Source of the DNA: Rhodococcus sp. (in: high G+C Gram-positive bacteria)
Lineage (GTDB): Bacteria; Actinomycetota; Actinomycetes; Mycobacteriales; Mycobacteriaceae
NCBI RefSeq assembly: GCF_049299235.1
Contig: NZ_JBAQXC010000319.1
Location: 2,358 to 66,357 of the forward strand
Length of the DNA: 64,000 nucleotides
Direction of reading: 5' to 3'
Part shown: positions 1 through 8,393 of the stretch, one piece after another
How positions within the stretch are numbered: position 1 is the first letter of the stretch
How the letters are laid out: each line of letters starts with the position of its first letter
The notes under the pieces: model-generated
Told to the model about the DNA's origin: nothing
What the model saw: only the letters and a program-made list of their open reading frames with translations
The model's database searches: none
Position numbers and translations under genes: made by a program

Positions 1-887
1 TCAGCGGCGAGGAAATTTGGATGCAGTTCCTGTCCGAGCCGAGCGGCGGTTCGGATGTCGCGAGTGCCGTAACCTCCGCCGTGCGGGACGGCGACGACTG
101 GATACTGAACGGATCGAAGATCTGGACGACCGGGGCGTGGTGGTCGGATTGGGCACTGTGCCTGGCCCGCACCAACTCCGACGTCCCCAAGCATCGCGGT
201 CTCACCGTGTTCATGCTGCCGCTGAAACGCGCGGGCATCGAGGTCCACCGCATCGAAATGCTCAGTGGCTCGAAGGAATTCTGTCAGGAGTACCTGACCG
301 ACGTGCGGGTACCGGACAGCGACCGTATCGGCGAGGTCGACGACGGCTGGAGCGTCGGCACCCGCTGGATGTTCCACGAACGGATGCAGTCGAGTTCGCA
401 GTTCGCTACCCGCCCGCCCGGAAGTGCGCGCGGCGGGTCGCGGATGGCGGAACTGCTGGCGGTCGCGCGGGACTCCGGCCGGTTCGACGATCCGATCGCC
501 CGCGACCTCATCGGGGAGGCACGCACCCTCGAACTGGCGAAGGAGGCGCTGCAACGGCGCATCGGCCGCGGCATCGCGACCGGCGCGATCTCCGATCAGG
601 CTGCCGGCATCGTCCGATTGATGGCCGGGACGGTCGCGACCCGGCTCACCACGATCATGTACGAGTTCACCGGCATCTCCGGTGCCGCATGGGACGATGC
701 CGACGGTGCCGTCGCCGAGGTCGGCCACGACTATCTGATGCAGCAGGTCTGGTGCATCGCCGGCGGAACCACCGAGATGGCCCGGAACACGATCAGCGAA
801 CGCGTGCTCGGAATGCCCCGTGAGCGCAGTCACGATCCGAACATCGCGTTTCGCGACATCCCGAAAGGCCGATCGTCGGACCGCTAG
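1..887 (+). CDS. acyl-CoA dehydrogenase family protein, 5' end outside window
   Basis: The reading frame of ORF 21..887 stays open to the window edge. The translation carries ACAD hallmarks (EPSGGSD, DGDDWILNGSKIWTTGA, helical C-terminal domain ending GGTTEMARNTISERVLG). Confidence 0.9.
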   Translation, partial: SGEEIWMQFLSEPSGGSDVASAVTSAVRDGDDWILNGSKIWTTGAWWSDWALCLARTNSDVPKHRGLTVFMLPLKRAGIEVHRIEMLSGSKEFCQEYLTDVRVPDSDRIGEVDDGWSVGTRWMFHERMQSSSQFATRPPGSARGGSRMAELLAVARDSGRFDDPIARDLIGEARTLELAKEALQRRIGRGIATGAISDQAAGIVRLMAGTVATRLTTIMYEFTGISGAAWDDADGAVAEVGHDYLMQQVWCIAGGTTEMARNTISERVLGMPRERSHDPNIAFRDIPKGRSSDR

Positions 888-2327
888 TCAGGACCGAAGG
901 TGGTGCCGGTCGCCGCGTGCGATGGTGAGCGCGGCGACGACCACCCCGACGACGACACCGATGGCGGTGTCGCCGACGCGGCTGATCGCGATATCCGGCC
1001 CAATGGGCGCACCGAGCCCGGTGAGCAGCAACGCCATCGCGGTCACCGCGATCGACGTGAGCGCATAGTTTCTGGTCGCATACAGCTCCGCCGCGATTTG
1101 CAGCACGACGACAACCACCACCAGGGGCCAGTAGCCGAGCGCGGCGGCGAGCAGGGCGGCGGCGAGCACGGCACCGGCAACGTTTCCGAGCAACCGCTGG
1201 ATCGCGCGCTGCACCGTATGCCCGTAAGTGGTGCCCTGCAGTGCGGCGGTCGCGCCCATCGTCGCCCACAACGGATGTTCCAACCCGACGGCCAACGCGA
1301 TCCAGCCGGCCAGCAGCGACGCGAGCACCACCCGCCCGGCACAGGCGACGATCGCCCGGTCGCGCAGGTCCCGGAAACCGGTGCACACAAACCCGTCGAC
1401 CGCGGCGACGCGCATGTTGTCGTTCGGGATCACACCGTCGTTCGGGATCACACCGCCCTGCGGAATCTGGATGTCACGGCGCACCCTGCGCAGTTCCGAT
1501 TCGAAACGTGCGAAGTCGGCGCGGCGCGCGCGAACCGTATCGCGGGATCCGCTGTCGACGACCGTGGTGGCCGCGTCCACCAGCGCGACCAGTTCGCGGG
1601 TGTGTGCGTCGTGGCATCGGCGAGCGTCGAGAGCGATGACCTCGCGTGCTTTCGCGAGCGCCGCGCGGGCGGGCGCGATCGCTGCCTCGCCGTCGGTCTC
1701 GAGCGCCGATACCGCGGCCAGTGCACGCGCGACCGCGACACGAGCAGGTCCGTACGGGTGGTACACCGCCGGCGCCATCACGATCACCCAGCCGACTGCC
1801 GCGCCGGCCGCGGCGGAGGCCACGAGCACACCGATATCCGCAGTGGTGTCGGCGAAGCCTGCGGCGCCTGCCGCGGCGAAGACGAAGATGACCGCTCCGG
1901 GGCCGGTGATGCGGAACGCAGCGAGCAGCCAGAATGCGGTTCCGGCGGCGACGGCAAGTATTGCGGTTTGCGCCCACATCGACATTCCGGCAGCGCCGGT
2001 GGCGGCTCCGAGCGCGACATAGCCGACGACCCCGGCCCCTGCGCACGCGACCTTGCCCGCGAGCCGCCGGTACGGTTCGTGCCGCGCGAAGGCCGAGGAC
2101 AGGGCTCCGAGCGCCGCGATTCCGGCGAGGTGCGGCTGGCCGAGGAGACCGCCGACAACGAGAGTGAGGAGCACGGCCAGTCCGACGCGCAAGGACGGTG
2201 CGATCACCGCGTCGGCGCGACGCACGTCGAGCGAGTTCCGCCAAGCGTCGGCGGACAGTGAATGTGCGAGGGCGCCGCCGGTGTGTCGCAGGCGGCGGTA
2301 GGTCGGGTCGGCGGTCGAGGCAAGCAC
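888..2327 (-). CDS. FUSC / aromatic-acid-exporter-like integral membrane protein
   Basis: 479-aa ORF with two blocks of hydrophobic helices separated by a soluble Ala/Arg-rich helical region, the usual FUSC layout. Divergently paired with a MarR gene. Confidence 0.7.
   Translation of the reverse strand: MLASTADPTYRRLRHTGGALAHSLSADAWRNSLDVRRADAVIAPSLRVGLAVLLTLVVGGLLGQPHLAGIAALGALSSAFARHEPYRRLAGKVACAGAGVVGYVALGAATGAAGMSMWAQTAILAVAAGTAFWLLAAFRITGPGAVIFVFAAAGAAGFADTTADIGVLVASAAAGAAVGWVIVMAPAVYHPYGPARVAVARALAAVSALETDGEAAIAPARAALAKAREVIALDARRCHDAHTRELVALVDAATTVVDSGSRDTVRARRADFARFESELRRVRRDIQIPQGGVIPNDGVIPNDNMRVAAVDGFVCTGFRDLRDRAIVACAGRVVLASLLAGWIALAVGLEHPLWATMGATAALQGTTYGHTVQRAIQRLLGNVAGAVLAAALLAAALGYWPLVVVVVVLQIAAELYATRNYALTSIAVTAMALLLTGLGAPIGPDIAISRVGDTAIGVVVGVVVAALTIARGDRHHLRS
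1419..1454 (-). repeat. perfect 18-bp tandem duplication inside the FUSC gene (encodes GVIPND GVIPND)
   Basis: gtcgttcgggatcacacc occurs twice back to back (1419-1436, 1437-1454). It is in frame and lies in the soluble central region. Confidence 0.95.
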
Positions 2328-2331
2328 CGAC

Positions 2332-2394
2332 CCAGTCTAATACTTCATTAGTAAAATAGTTATGAAATGTTTGTGAAATGGATCGCTAGACTGG
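2332..2394. promoter_or_regulatory. AT-rich divergent promoter region with inverted repeats (candidate MarR operator)
   Basis: CCAGTCTA (2332-2339) pairs with TAGACTGG (2387-2394). An inner CTAAT-acttc-ATTAG palindrome lies in the only AT-rich stretch between the FUSC and MarR starts. Confidence 0.35.
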
Positions 2395-2398
2395 CTCC

Positions 2399-2914
2399 AT
2401 GCCCGACGCACCCACCCCCGCCGACGACTTCGTCGATCGCGCGCGACACGCATGGGCCGAGTCCTACCCGGAGCTGACCACCCGGCCGATCGACATCATC
2501 GGGCGGGCAATCCGGATCGGCTCTCTCGCACTGAATCAACTCGATCACGAACTCACCGGAAGCGGGGTCACCCGAACGGAATTCGAAGTGCTGTGCGCAC
2601 TGGCCCGCAGCCCCCATCCGCTGCGCGCCAGCGAAGTCACCTCGATCACCGGAATGTCCGGCGCCTCCACCACCAAGCACGCCGACCGACTCGTCGGGCT
2701 CGGACTGCTCGAACGCAAGCGGCTCGAACGCGACGGCCGCGTCGTCCTGCTCGACCTCACCGACGCCGGGCGCCGTGTCGTCGAAACCGAGCACCCGCGC
2801 CGCGTCATCCGGGAGATGCACATGCTCGACGGACTCTCCGACGACGAACTCGACACCCTCACCGCACTGTTGCGTCGGGTCGTGGCCAACGTCGAGCGGC
2901 AAACCCACCGCTGA
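2399..2914 (+). CDS. MarR family transcriptional regulator
   Basis: 171-aa ORF with a winged-helix MarR signature (TRTEFEVLCALARSPHPLRASEVTSITGMSGASTTKHADRLVGLGLLERKRLERDGRVVLLDLTDAG). Confidence 0.9.
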   Translation: MPDAPTPADDFVDRARHAWAESYPELTTRPIDIIGRAIRIGSLALNQLDHELTGSGVTRTEFEVLCALARSPHPLRASEVTSITGMSGASTTKHADRLVGLGLLERKRLERDGRVVLLDLTDAGRRVVETEHPRRVIREMHMLDGLSDDELDTLTALLRRVVANVERQTHR

Positions 2915-2924
2915 CGACAACCCC

Positions 2925-3389
2925 TCAGGGCATTTCGATGGTCTCCGAGCGTTCGATCTCACCGACCGCGCGACGCACATACGGTCCCGGATCGGCCGCG
3001 CGAGATGCGAGGAGATCGACGAGCACCACAAGGCCCGCGGTGAGATACTGCTCGGGCCGGACCGTCGGCACCTCCGGATCAGCCACCCCGAGCGTTCCGG
3101 TCAGCACCGCCACCAACACATGGGGCGCCACCGGCACCGCCCGGCCGCGGGCACAGCGTTCGATCACCGCCCGAACGTCGTCTCCGGCCAGCCCGTCCGG
3201 ATGCAGTTCCTCGAGCAGTTCACGCACCATGCCCGCGTGTACCGCCGTGACCTGCTCGTACGGCAACTCGGTGAGAGCGGCCACCGCATCCGCGAACGCC
3301 GGTGCGTCGCCCGTCCGGGCGGCACTCAACGCGGAGTCGGTGGCCTGCGCGATCTCCCGAGCTGTCGCCGGCCAATGGGTGGGCCACAC
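2925..3389 (-). CDS. hypothetical protein
   Basis: 154-aa ORF with protein-like, non Arg-biased composition. I recognise no family. Confidence 0.45.
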   Translation of the reverse strand: MWPTHWPATAREIAQATDSALSAARTGDAPAFADAVAALTELPYEQVTAVHAGMVRELLEELHPDGLAGDDVRAVIERCARGRAVPVAPHVLVAVLTGTLGVADPEVPTVRPEQYLTAGLVVLVDLLASRAADPGPYVRRAVGEIERSETIEMP

Positions 3390-3491
3390 GGTGTTCTCCT
3401 CGTCGGTGCTGCATTGACGGCGCTACATCAGTGCTGCTTCGCCCGCCCAGGGCGACGCGCCCACCCAGTGTGCCGTGCATGCCCGACATGT

Positions 3492-3942
3492 TCACAGTCG
3501 TCGCTGCGTTTCGAGCGCATCCCGGGCGTGTATCCCTTGGCGTCGTTGTCGAAATACACGTAGACGTCGAGACGTCACCGAGCCACGCGCCGATCCGCTC
3601 GGCCTATCGGTCCAGCGCCGCGTCCGTATAGCCGCTGACGTACCACTCGGTGTCGCCGTGCATGCGCCCATATACGAAATCCGAGGTGACGTCCACGAGG
3701 AAGGGATACCGACCAGCGGTTACCGCGACGACGAGGGCGACATCGTGCTCACGGAACAGCGCGGACGTCGTGCGCGGCAATTGTGAGTAGAACCCGGCCA
3801 TCTGCTCCGGCCCGAACGCCAGGGTCAGCGGTAGCTGTCGCAAGAGCGGACCGAGTTTGGGACTGAGCACGGGGACACCCGACGAGAAGAAGTTCGTGAG
3901 TGCGTCGCCGACGTCGACGAGACTCGCGAAGTGCACTCCCAA
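3492..3942 (-). pseudogene. decayed DUF72 (UPF0759) family gene remnant
   Basis: The minus-strand translation shows DUF72 blocks (KLGPLLRQLP, DVTSDFVYGRMHG). After an in-frame TAG (3604-3606) comes AERIGAW. Two other frames then give DVYVYFDNDAKGY and ARDALETQRRL-stop (3492). The N-terminal third is missing. Confidence 0.6.
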
Positions 3943-4021
3943 GAGCGCTCATTCGGTGCGCATGAACCCGACCGCGGGCCTACGCTGTGCCGGAAGCCAA
4001 GATCAAAAACCAGGAGTGCTC

Positions 4022-4609
4022 ATGTCCGAGACCGCTGCCACCCCGAATGATCCGTTCCGTTCCCTCGTCAAACAGATCTGGTGGATCGTGCTGATCCGCG
4101 GCATCCTCGCGGTGCTGTTCGGCATCGTCGCGCTCATCTGGCCGGACATCACCGTGTGGGCCCTCGTCGTCGTCTTCGGCATCTACGCGATCGTCGACGG
4201 AATCGTGCTCGGCATCCACGCCGTCCGAGACCGCACGAGCCTGGACGGCTGGGGCTGGTGGCTCGCGACCGCGGTCATTTCGATCCTCGCCGGCATCGTG
4301 GCGCTGGTGTGGCCCGGCGCGACCGCGCTCGTACTGCTCTACATCATCGCCTTCTATGCGATCTTCTTCGGCATCGCCGGTGCTGTCGGTGCACTGCGGT
4401 TCCGGAAGGTCCCCGAGTCCGGCTGGATGTGGTCGTTCGTCGCCGGAATCCTCGCGATCGTGTTCGGCATCGTCCTGCTGATCTTCCCCGGCAGCGGCAT
4501 CACCGGCCTGATCTGGCTCCTGGGTCTCTACGCGATTCTGTTCGGCATCCTGCTCATCGCCGTCGCATTCCAGGCCCGCAAGGTCGCGAAAGAAGCCGGC
4601 ATCCTCTGA
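4022..4609 (+). CDS. HdeD/DUF308 family membrane protein
   Basis: ATG 4022 is preceded by AGGAG. The 195-aa product consists of repeated hydrophobic helices with a W..(I/V)..G(I/V)..I..G(I/V) periodicity typical of HdeD-like proteins. The upstream part of ORF 3857.. is not protein-like. Confidence 0.8.
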   Translation: MSETAATPNDPFRSLVKQIWWIVLIRGILAVLFGIVALIWPDITVWALVVVFGIYAIVDGIVLGIHAVRDRTSLDGWGWWLATAVISILAGIVALVWPGATALVLLYIIAFYAIFFGIAGAVGALRFRKVPESGWMWSFVAGILAIVFGIVLLIFPGSGITGLIWLLGLYAILFGILLIAVAFQARKVAKEAGIL

Positions 4610-4716
4610 TGCGTGGCCCTAGTCCATGTTCACAAAGGTTGATCGCAGCGAAACTGCCCCGCGGCACTGCGTCCCGACCGACCATGTAAGGACCCTGAAC
4701 CGAGGAGAATCGTCCC

Positions 4717-5037
4717 ATGCCGAAATTTCTGTGGCAGGTCACCTACACCAGCGACGGCGCGAAAGGATTGCTCGGCGAAGGCGGCACCGCACGCCGCGAC
4801 GCGATCGTCGGCATGGTCGAGAGTGTCGGCGGCAGCGTCGAATCCGTGCATTTCGCACTGGGCGGGCACGATCTGTATGTGATCGGTGAGGTGCCCGACG
4901 ACATCGCCGCCGCCACCCTGGAACTACGAACCATCGGTTCCGGCGCGGCCAGGTCGACGCCGATCGTGTTGCTCACGCCCGAACAGATCGACGAGGCCGT
5001 CCGCCGGGACACCAGTTACCGGGCTCCCGGCAACTGA
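4717..5037 (+). CDS. GYD domain-containing protein
   Basis: 106-aa ORF starting MPKFLWQVTYTSDGAKGLL..., with GAGGAG about 9 nt upstream. Size and N-terminal pattern fit the GYD family. Confidence 0.75.
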   Translation: MPKFLWQVTYTSDGAKGLLGEGGTARRDAIVGMVESVGGSVESVHFALGGHDLYVIGEVPDDIAAATLELRTIGSGAARSTPIVLLTPEQIDEAVRRDTSYRAPGN

Positions 5038-5084
5038 TCCCGCTGCAGCGGACCCCGCTACAACAGACCCCGCGGCGACCATAC

Positions 5085-6911
5085 CTACCGAAGTGTGACG
5101 CCTTCCATGTTTCCTTCTTCCCGCCAACGGGCCAGCAGGTCGAAGAACTGCACCGGACCGCCACCGTAGTTGGCTGCCGCGAGTCCGTCGGGATTACCGA
5201 TGTCACCCTCGTTGTCGAGATAGCTGGGGGTGCAGTCTGCGTAGAAGGCGCGGCCGGGGACGGAGAGTTCGGTCATGGTGGCGACCCAGCCGTCCTCCGC
5301 CCCGAGATCCGCCTCGATCGTGGTGGCTCCGCGCACCACACGCTGCTCGAGCAGATAGACCAGGTGGCGGGCTCGTTCCTCGGCGGTGTGTGTGTAGTTG
5401 TTCGCGATACCGGTCTGTGTGTATCCGAGGAAGAAGCAGTTCGGGAATCCGTGGGACTGCAGGCCGTGGAACGTGCGCGGTCCGCTCTTCCACTTGTCGC
5501 TGAGGTGAACACCGTCGCGGCCGATGATGTCGAATCCTGTGCGACGGGTGTAGCTGCTACTGACGTCGTAGCCCGTCGCGAAGATCAGCGCATCGACCTT
5601 GAACTCGCGGTCCCCGACGACAACTCCGTCGCGCGTCACACGTTGAACCCCGCGCCCCTTCGTATCTACCAGTTCGACGTTGTCCCGGTTGAAGGTGGGG
5701 AGGAACTCGTCGTGGAACCCGACCCGCTTGCAGAGACGTTTGAACCACGGTTTGAGGGCTTCTGCGGTGGCCGTGTCGGTCACGATGGAGTCGATCCGGG
5801 CGCGCACCCGTTCCATCGAGTTGAAATCGGCCTCGAACAGGTACTCAGTGATCTCCTCCGGGGTCATCGGCGCACCCCGACGCTCGAGCTCCTGCTGGAC
5901 CGCCGTCCTGGTGACCTCGGCCGACACACGGGTCCAGCCGTCGTCCACGAGGTCGGTGTGATGCTCCACCCCAGCTGTGTAGCGGGTGAAGTTCTCCATC
6001 CGCTCACGCTGCCATCCGGGCTCGAGGCCGGCTGCCCAGTGCGGGTCCGTCGGCTTGTTGCCTCGTTCGTCGACGGCGTTCGGCGTCCGCTGGAAGACAT
6101 AGAGTTTCTCGGCCCACCGACCGAGATGCGGCACCACCTGCAGACCGGTCGCGCCCGTGCCGATGATGCCGACGGACTTGTCCTGCAACCTCGTCAGCTC
6201 GCCGGTCTCGTCTCCCCCGGTGTAGCCGTAGTCCCACCGGCTGGTGTGGAAGGTGTGACCTTCGAATTCGTTGATGCCGGCGATGCCCGGCAGTTTGGGC
6301 CGCACGAGCGAACCCGGTGACACCACCACGATCCGTGCGCGGAGGCGGTCACCACGATCGGTTGTCACGATCCAACGCTCGGCCTCCTCGTCCCAGATCA
6401 TCTCCTTGACGGTGGTGTGGAAGAGCGCGTCGCGCACCAGGTCGTACTTGTGCGCGATCGCCGACAGGTGTTCGCGGATCTCGGATCCGTAGGCGTACTT
6501 CTGGGTGGGAACGTAGTTCAGTTCCTCCAGGAGTGGCATGTAGATATACGACTCGATATCGCACTGCACCCCCGGATAGCGGTTCCAGTACCAGGTTCCG
6601 CCGACACCACCGGCCCGGTCGATCAGCCGGATGCCGTCGAGGCCGGCCTCACGCATCCGCGCTGCGGCGATCAGGCTGCCGAGGCCCGCGCCGATCATCA
6701 GGATTTCGACGTCGTCGTTCACCGGGTCGCGCTCGGCCCGCTCGATGTAGGGGTCGTCCTCGTAGTGCGAGAACTCTGCCGTGACCTCGATGTACTGCTC
6801 GACTCCGTCGCGCCGGAGTCGCTTGGCTCGCTCGTAGGCGTGCTTGGCGCGCACCCAGTCCGGATCGAAACCCTCAGGTTGCGGTCCCGGTGGCGTCAAC
6901 GTCTCCGGCAT
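5085..6911 (-). CDS. type I Baeyer-Villiger monooxygenase (FAD/NADPH dependent)
   Basis: 608 aa. Contains the FAD fold ILMIGAGLGSL..GGTWYWNRYPG, the BVMO fingerprint FEGHTFHTSRWD and a second Rossmann motif VGIIGTGATG. Confidence 0.9.
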   Translation of the reverse strand: MPETLTPPGPQPEGFDPDWVRAKHAYERAKRLRRDGVEQYIEVTAEFSHYEDDPYIERAERDPVNDDVEILMIGAGLGSLIAAARMREAGLDGIRLIDRAGGVGGTWYWNRYPGVQCDIESYIYMPLLEELNYVPTQKYAYGSEIREHLSAIAHKYDLVRDALFHTTVKEMIWDEEAERWIVTTDRGDRLRARIVVVSPGSLVRPKLPGIAGINEFEGHTFHTSRWDYGYTGGDETGELTRLQDKSVGIIGTGATGLQVVPHLGRWAEKLYVFQRTPNAVDERGNKPTDPHWAAGLEPGWQRERMENFTRYTAGVEHHTDLVDDGWTRVSAEVTRTAVQQELERRGAPMTPEEITEYLFEADFNSMERVRARIDSIVTDTATAEALKPWFKRLCKRVGFHDEFLPTFNRDNVELVDTKGRGVQRVTRDGVVVGDREFKVDALIFATGYDVSSSYTRRTGFDIIGRDGVHLSDKWKSGPRTFHGLQSHGFPNCFFLGYTQTGIANNYTHTAEERARHLVYLLEQRVVRGATTIEADLGAEDGWVATMTELSVPGRAFYADCTPSYLDNEGDIGNPDGLAAANYGGGPVQFFDLLARWREEGNMEGVTLR

Positions 6912-6986
6912 GGTCGGTTCCTTTCGGAGTCTGAGCGTGTGTCCGCGCTACTCGCGGTGGTCGTCACGGATGGAATTCGAAATGTC

Positions 6987-7050
6987 GTCACTGCCTGCTG
7001 AAGTCACTGCCTGCCGGAGTTACTGCCTGCAGGAGTTACTGCCCGTCGGC
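6987..7050. repeat. 4 x 16-bp tandem repeat spanning the 3' end and stop codon of the LLM gene
   Basis: Units are gtcactgcctgctgaa, gtcactgcctgccgga, gttactgcctgcagga and gttactgcccgtcggc. On the minus strand every unit contains a stop codon (TGA or TAA). Confidence 0.9.
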
Positions 7051-8353
7051 GAAGCGTTCCCGCAACGGCCGCTCGTCGGGTGTGCCCCGGTGGATCCCCT
7101 GGTCGATCAGCCGCGGAATCACCTCGTCGATGAACTCCCCGGATCGACGCCGGACCGAACGGGAACATGAGGTTGAACCCGCCGACATTGCCGTCGGTGA
7201 ACCACTGATCGAAGTCGTCGACGATGTCGTCGTAGGAGCCGACGAACTTGCGGTGCTGGGCTCCGCCCCGGCCGAGCGACTGTGCGGCGACATCACGAAC
7301 GGTGGCGTCGGGATGCGCCTCGATCCAGTCGTACAGTCCGACGTAGTTCCCGAAGGTGCTCTTGATGGTGTTCTCGACGTCGGCCGGTTTCGGCAGTGAT
7401 CCGAATGGGAATCGGTCGTCGACACTGTCGTACGGCACCTCCAACCCGAACTGTGCCAATGCTTTCGGCGCGACACTCTCCCACGGGACGTAGTCGTCCA
7501 GGGCGTGCATTTTCTCTTCGGCCTCTCGTGCGGTGCGCCCGATGTACGGGATGAGCCCGGGGACCGCCGGAACACTTCCGGCCGGACGGCCGGCGTCCGC
7601 GAGCGCTTTGTCCAGGTCCTCCCGGTATTCTGCTGCACGCTCCCGGGTGGTTGCGGCCGTGAACACCATGTCCGCATGCCGAGCCGCGACCTTGATACCC
7701 GGTCCTGATCCGCCGGCCTGAGCGACCAGTGGCCGTCCCTGCCGACTCGGCGCGACGTTCAACGGGCCGCGGACCTGGAAGGATTCGCCGTTGTGGTTGA
7801 TCGGTGTGGCGTAGTAGCGCGTGACACCGTCCGGATCGCAACGCACCTCACGATTCGCCCACAAGGCTGCGGTCACGTCGAGAAATTCCGTGGCTCGACG
7901 GTATCTGGTCTCCCGATCGGGGTGACTGTCGCGACTGTAGTTCAGTGCGAGTGCGTCGCCGGCGGTGGTGACAGCGTTCAGTCCGGCGCGGCCGTTCGAT
8001 GCCTGGTCGAGCGACGCGATGAGTCGGGCGAGGGTGTACGGGTCGTAGAAGGTCGTCGAGGCGGTGGCGATGAGACCGACATTGGTGGTCTCACGGGCCA
8101 TCGCGCTCAGCGCGGTGATCGGCTCGGCCGGCCCCCCGTCGAAGGCCGGCGAGTTCGGCATGCCGGGTACGTCGCCGAGGAAGACCGCGGTGAAGAGTCC
8201 CTCGTCGCCGAGTCGCCCGTAGGCCATGAGCCTTTCGAACGGGTCGGTGAGCGCGGTGTCGGCGTGGTGCCGTTGTTCGTACGCGGGGGCTCCGAAATGA
8301 AGGTTGATGTCGTTGCCGACCAGGTTGAGGTGAAGATGCCGCCGGTTCGCCAT
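7036..8353 (-). pseudogene. LLM-class flavin-dependent monooxygenase (NtaA/SnaA/DszA type) with an apparent frameshift near the C-terminus
   Basis: ATG 8353 (MANRRHLHLNLVG...) gives a clean family match up to ...GGFNLMFPFGP at about 7150. The expected C-terminus SGEFIDEVIPRLIDQGIHRGTPDERPLRERFADGQ-stop (7036) is in another frame. The in-frame continuation to 7004 is Arg-rich nonsense. Confidence 0.7.
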
Positions 8354-8393
8354 GGACTGTCCTTCAGGTGAGTGGTGACACGAAAGTTCTTGT

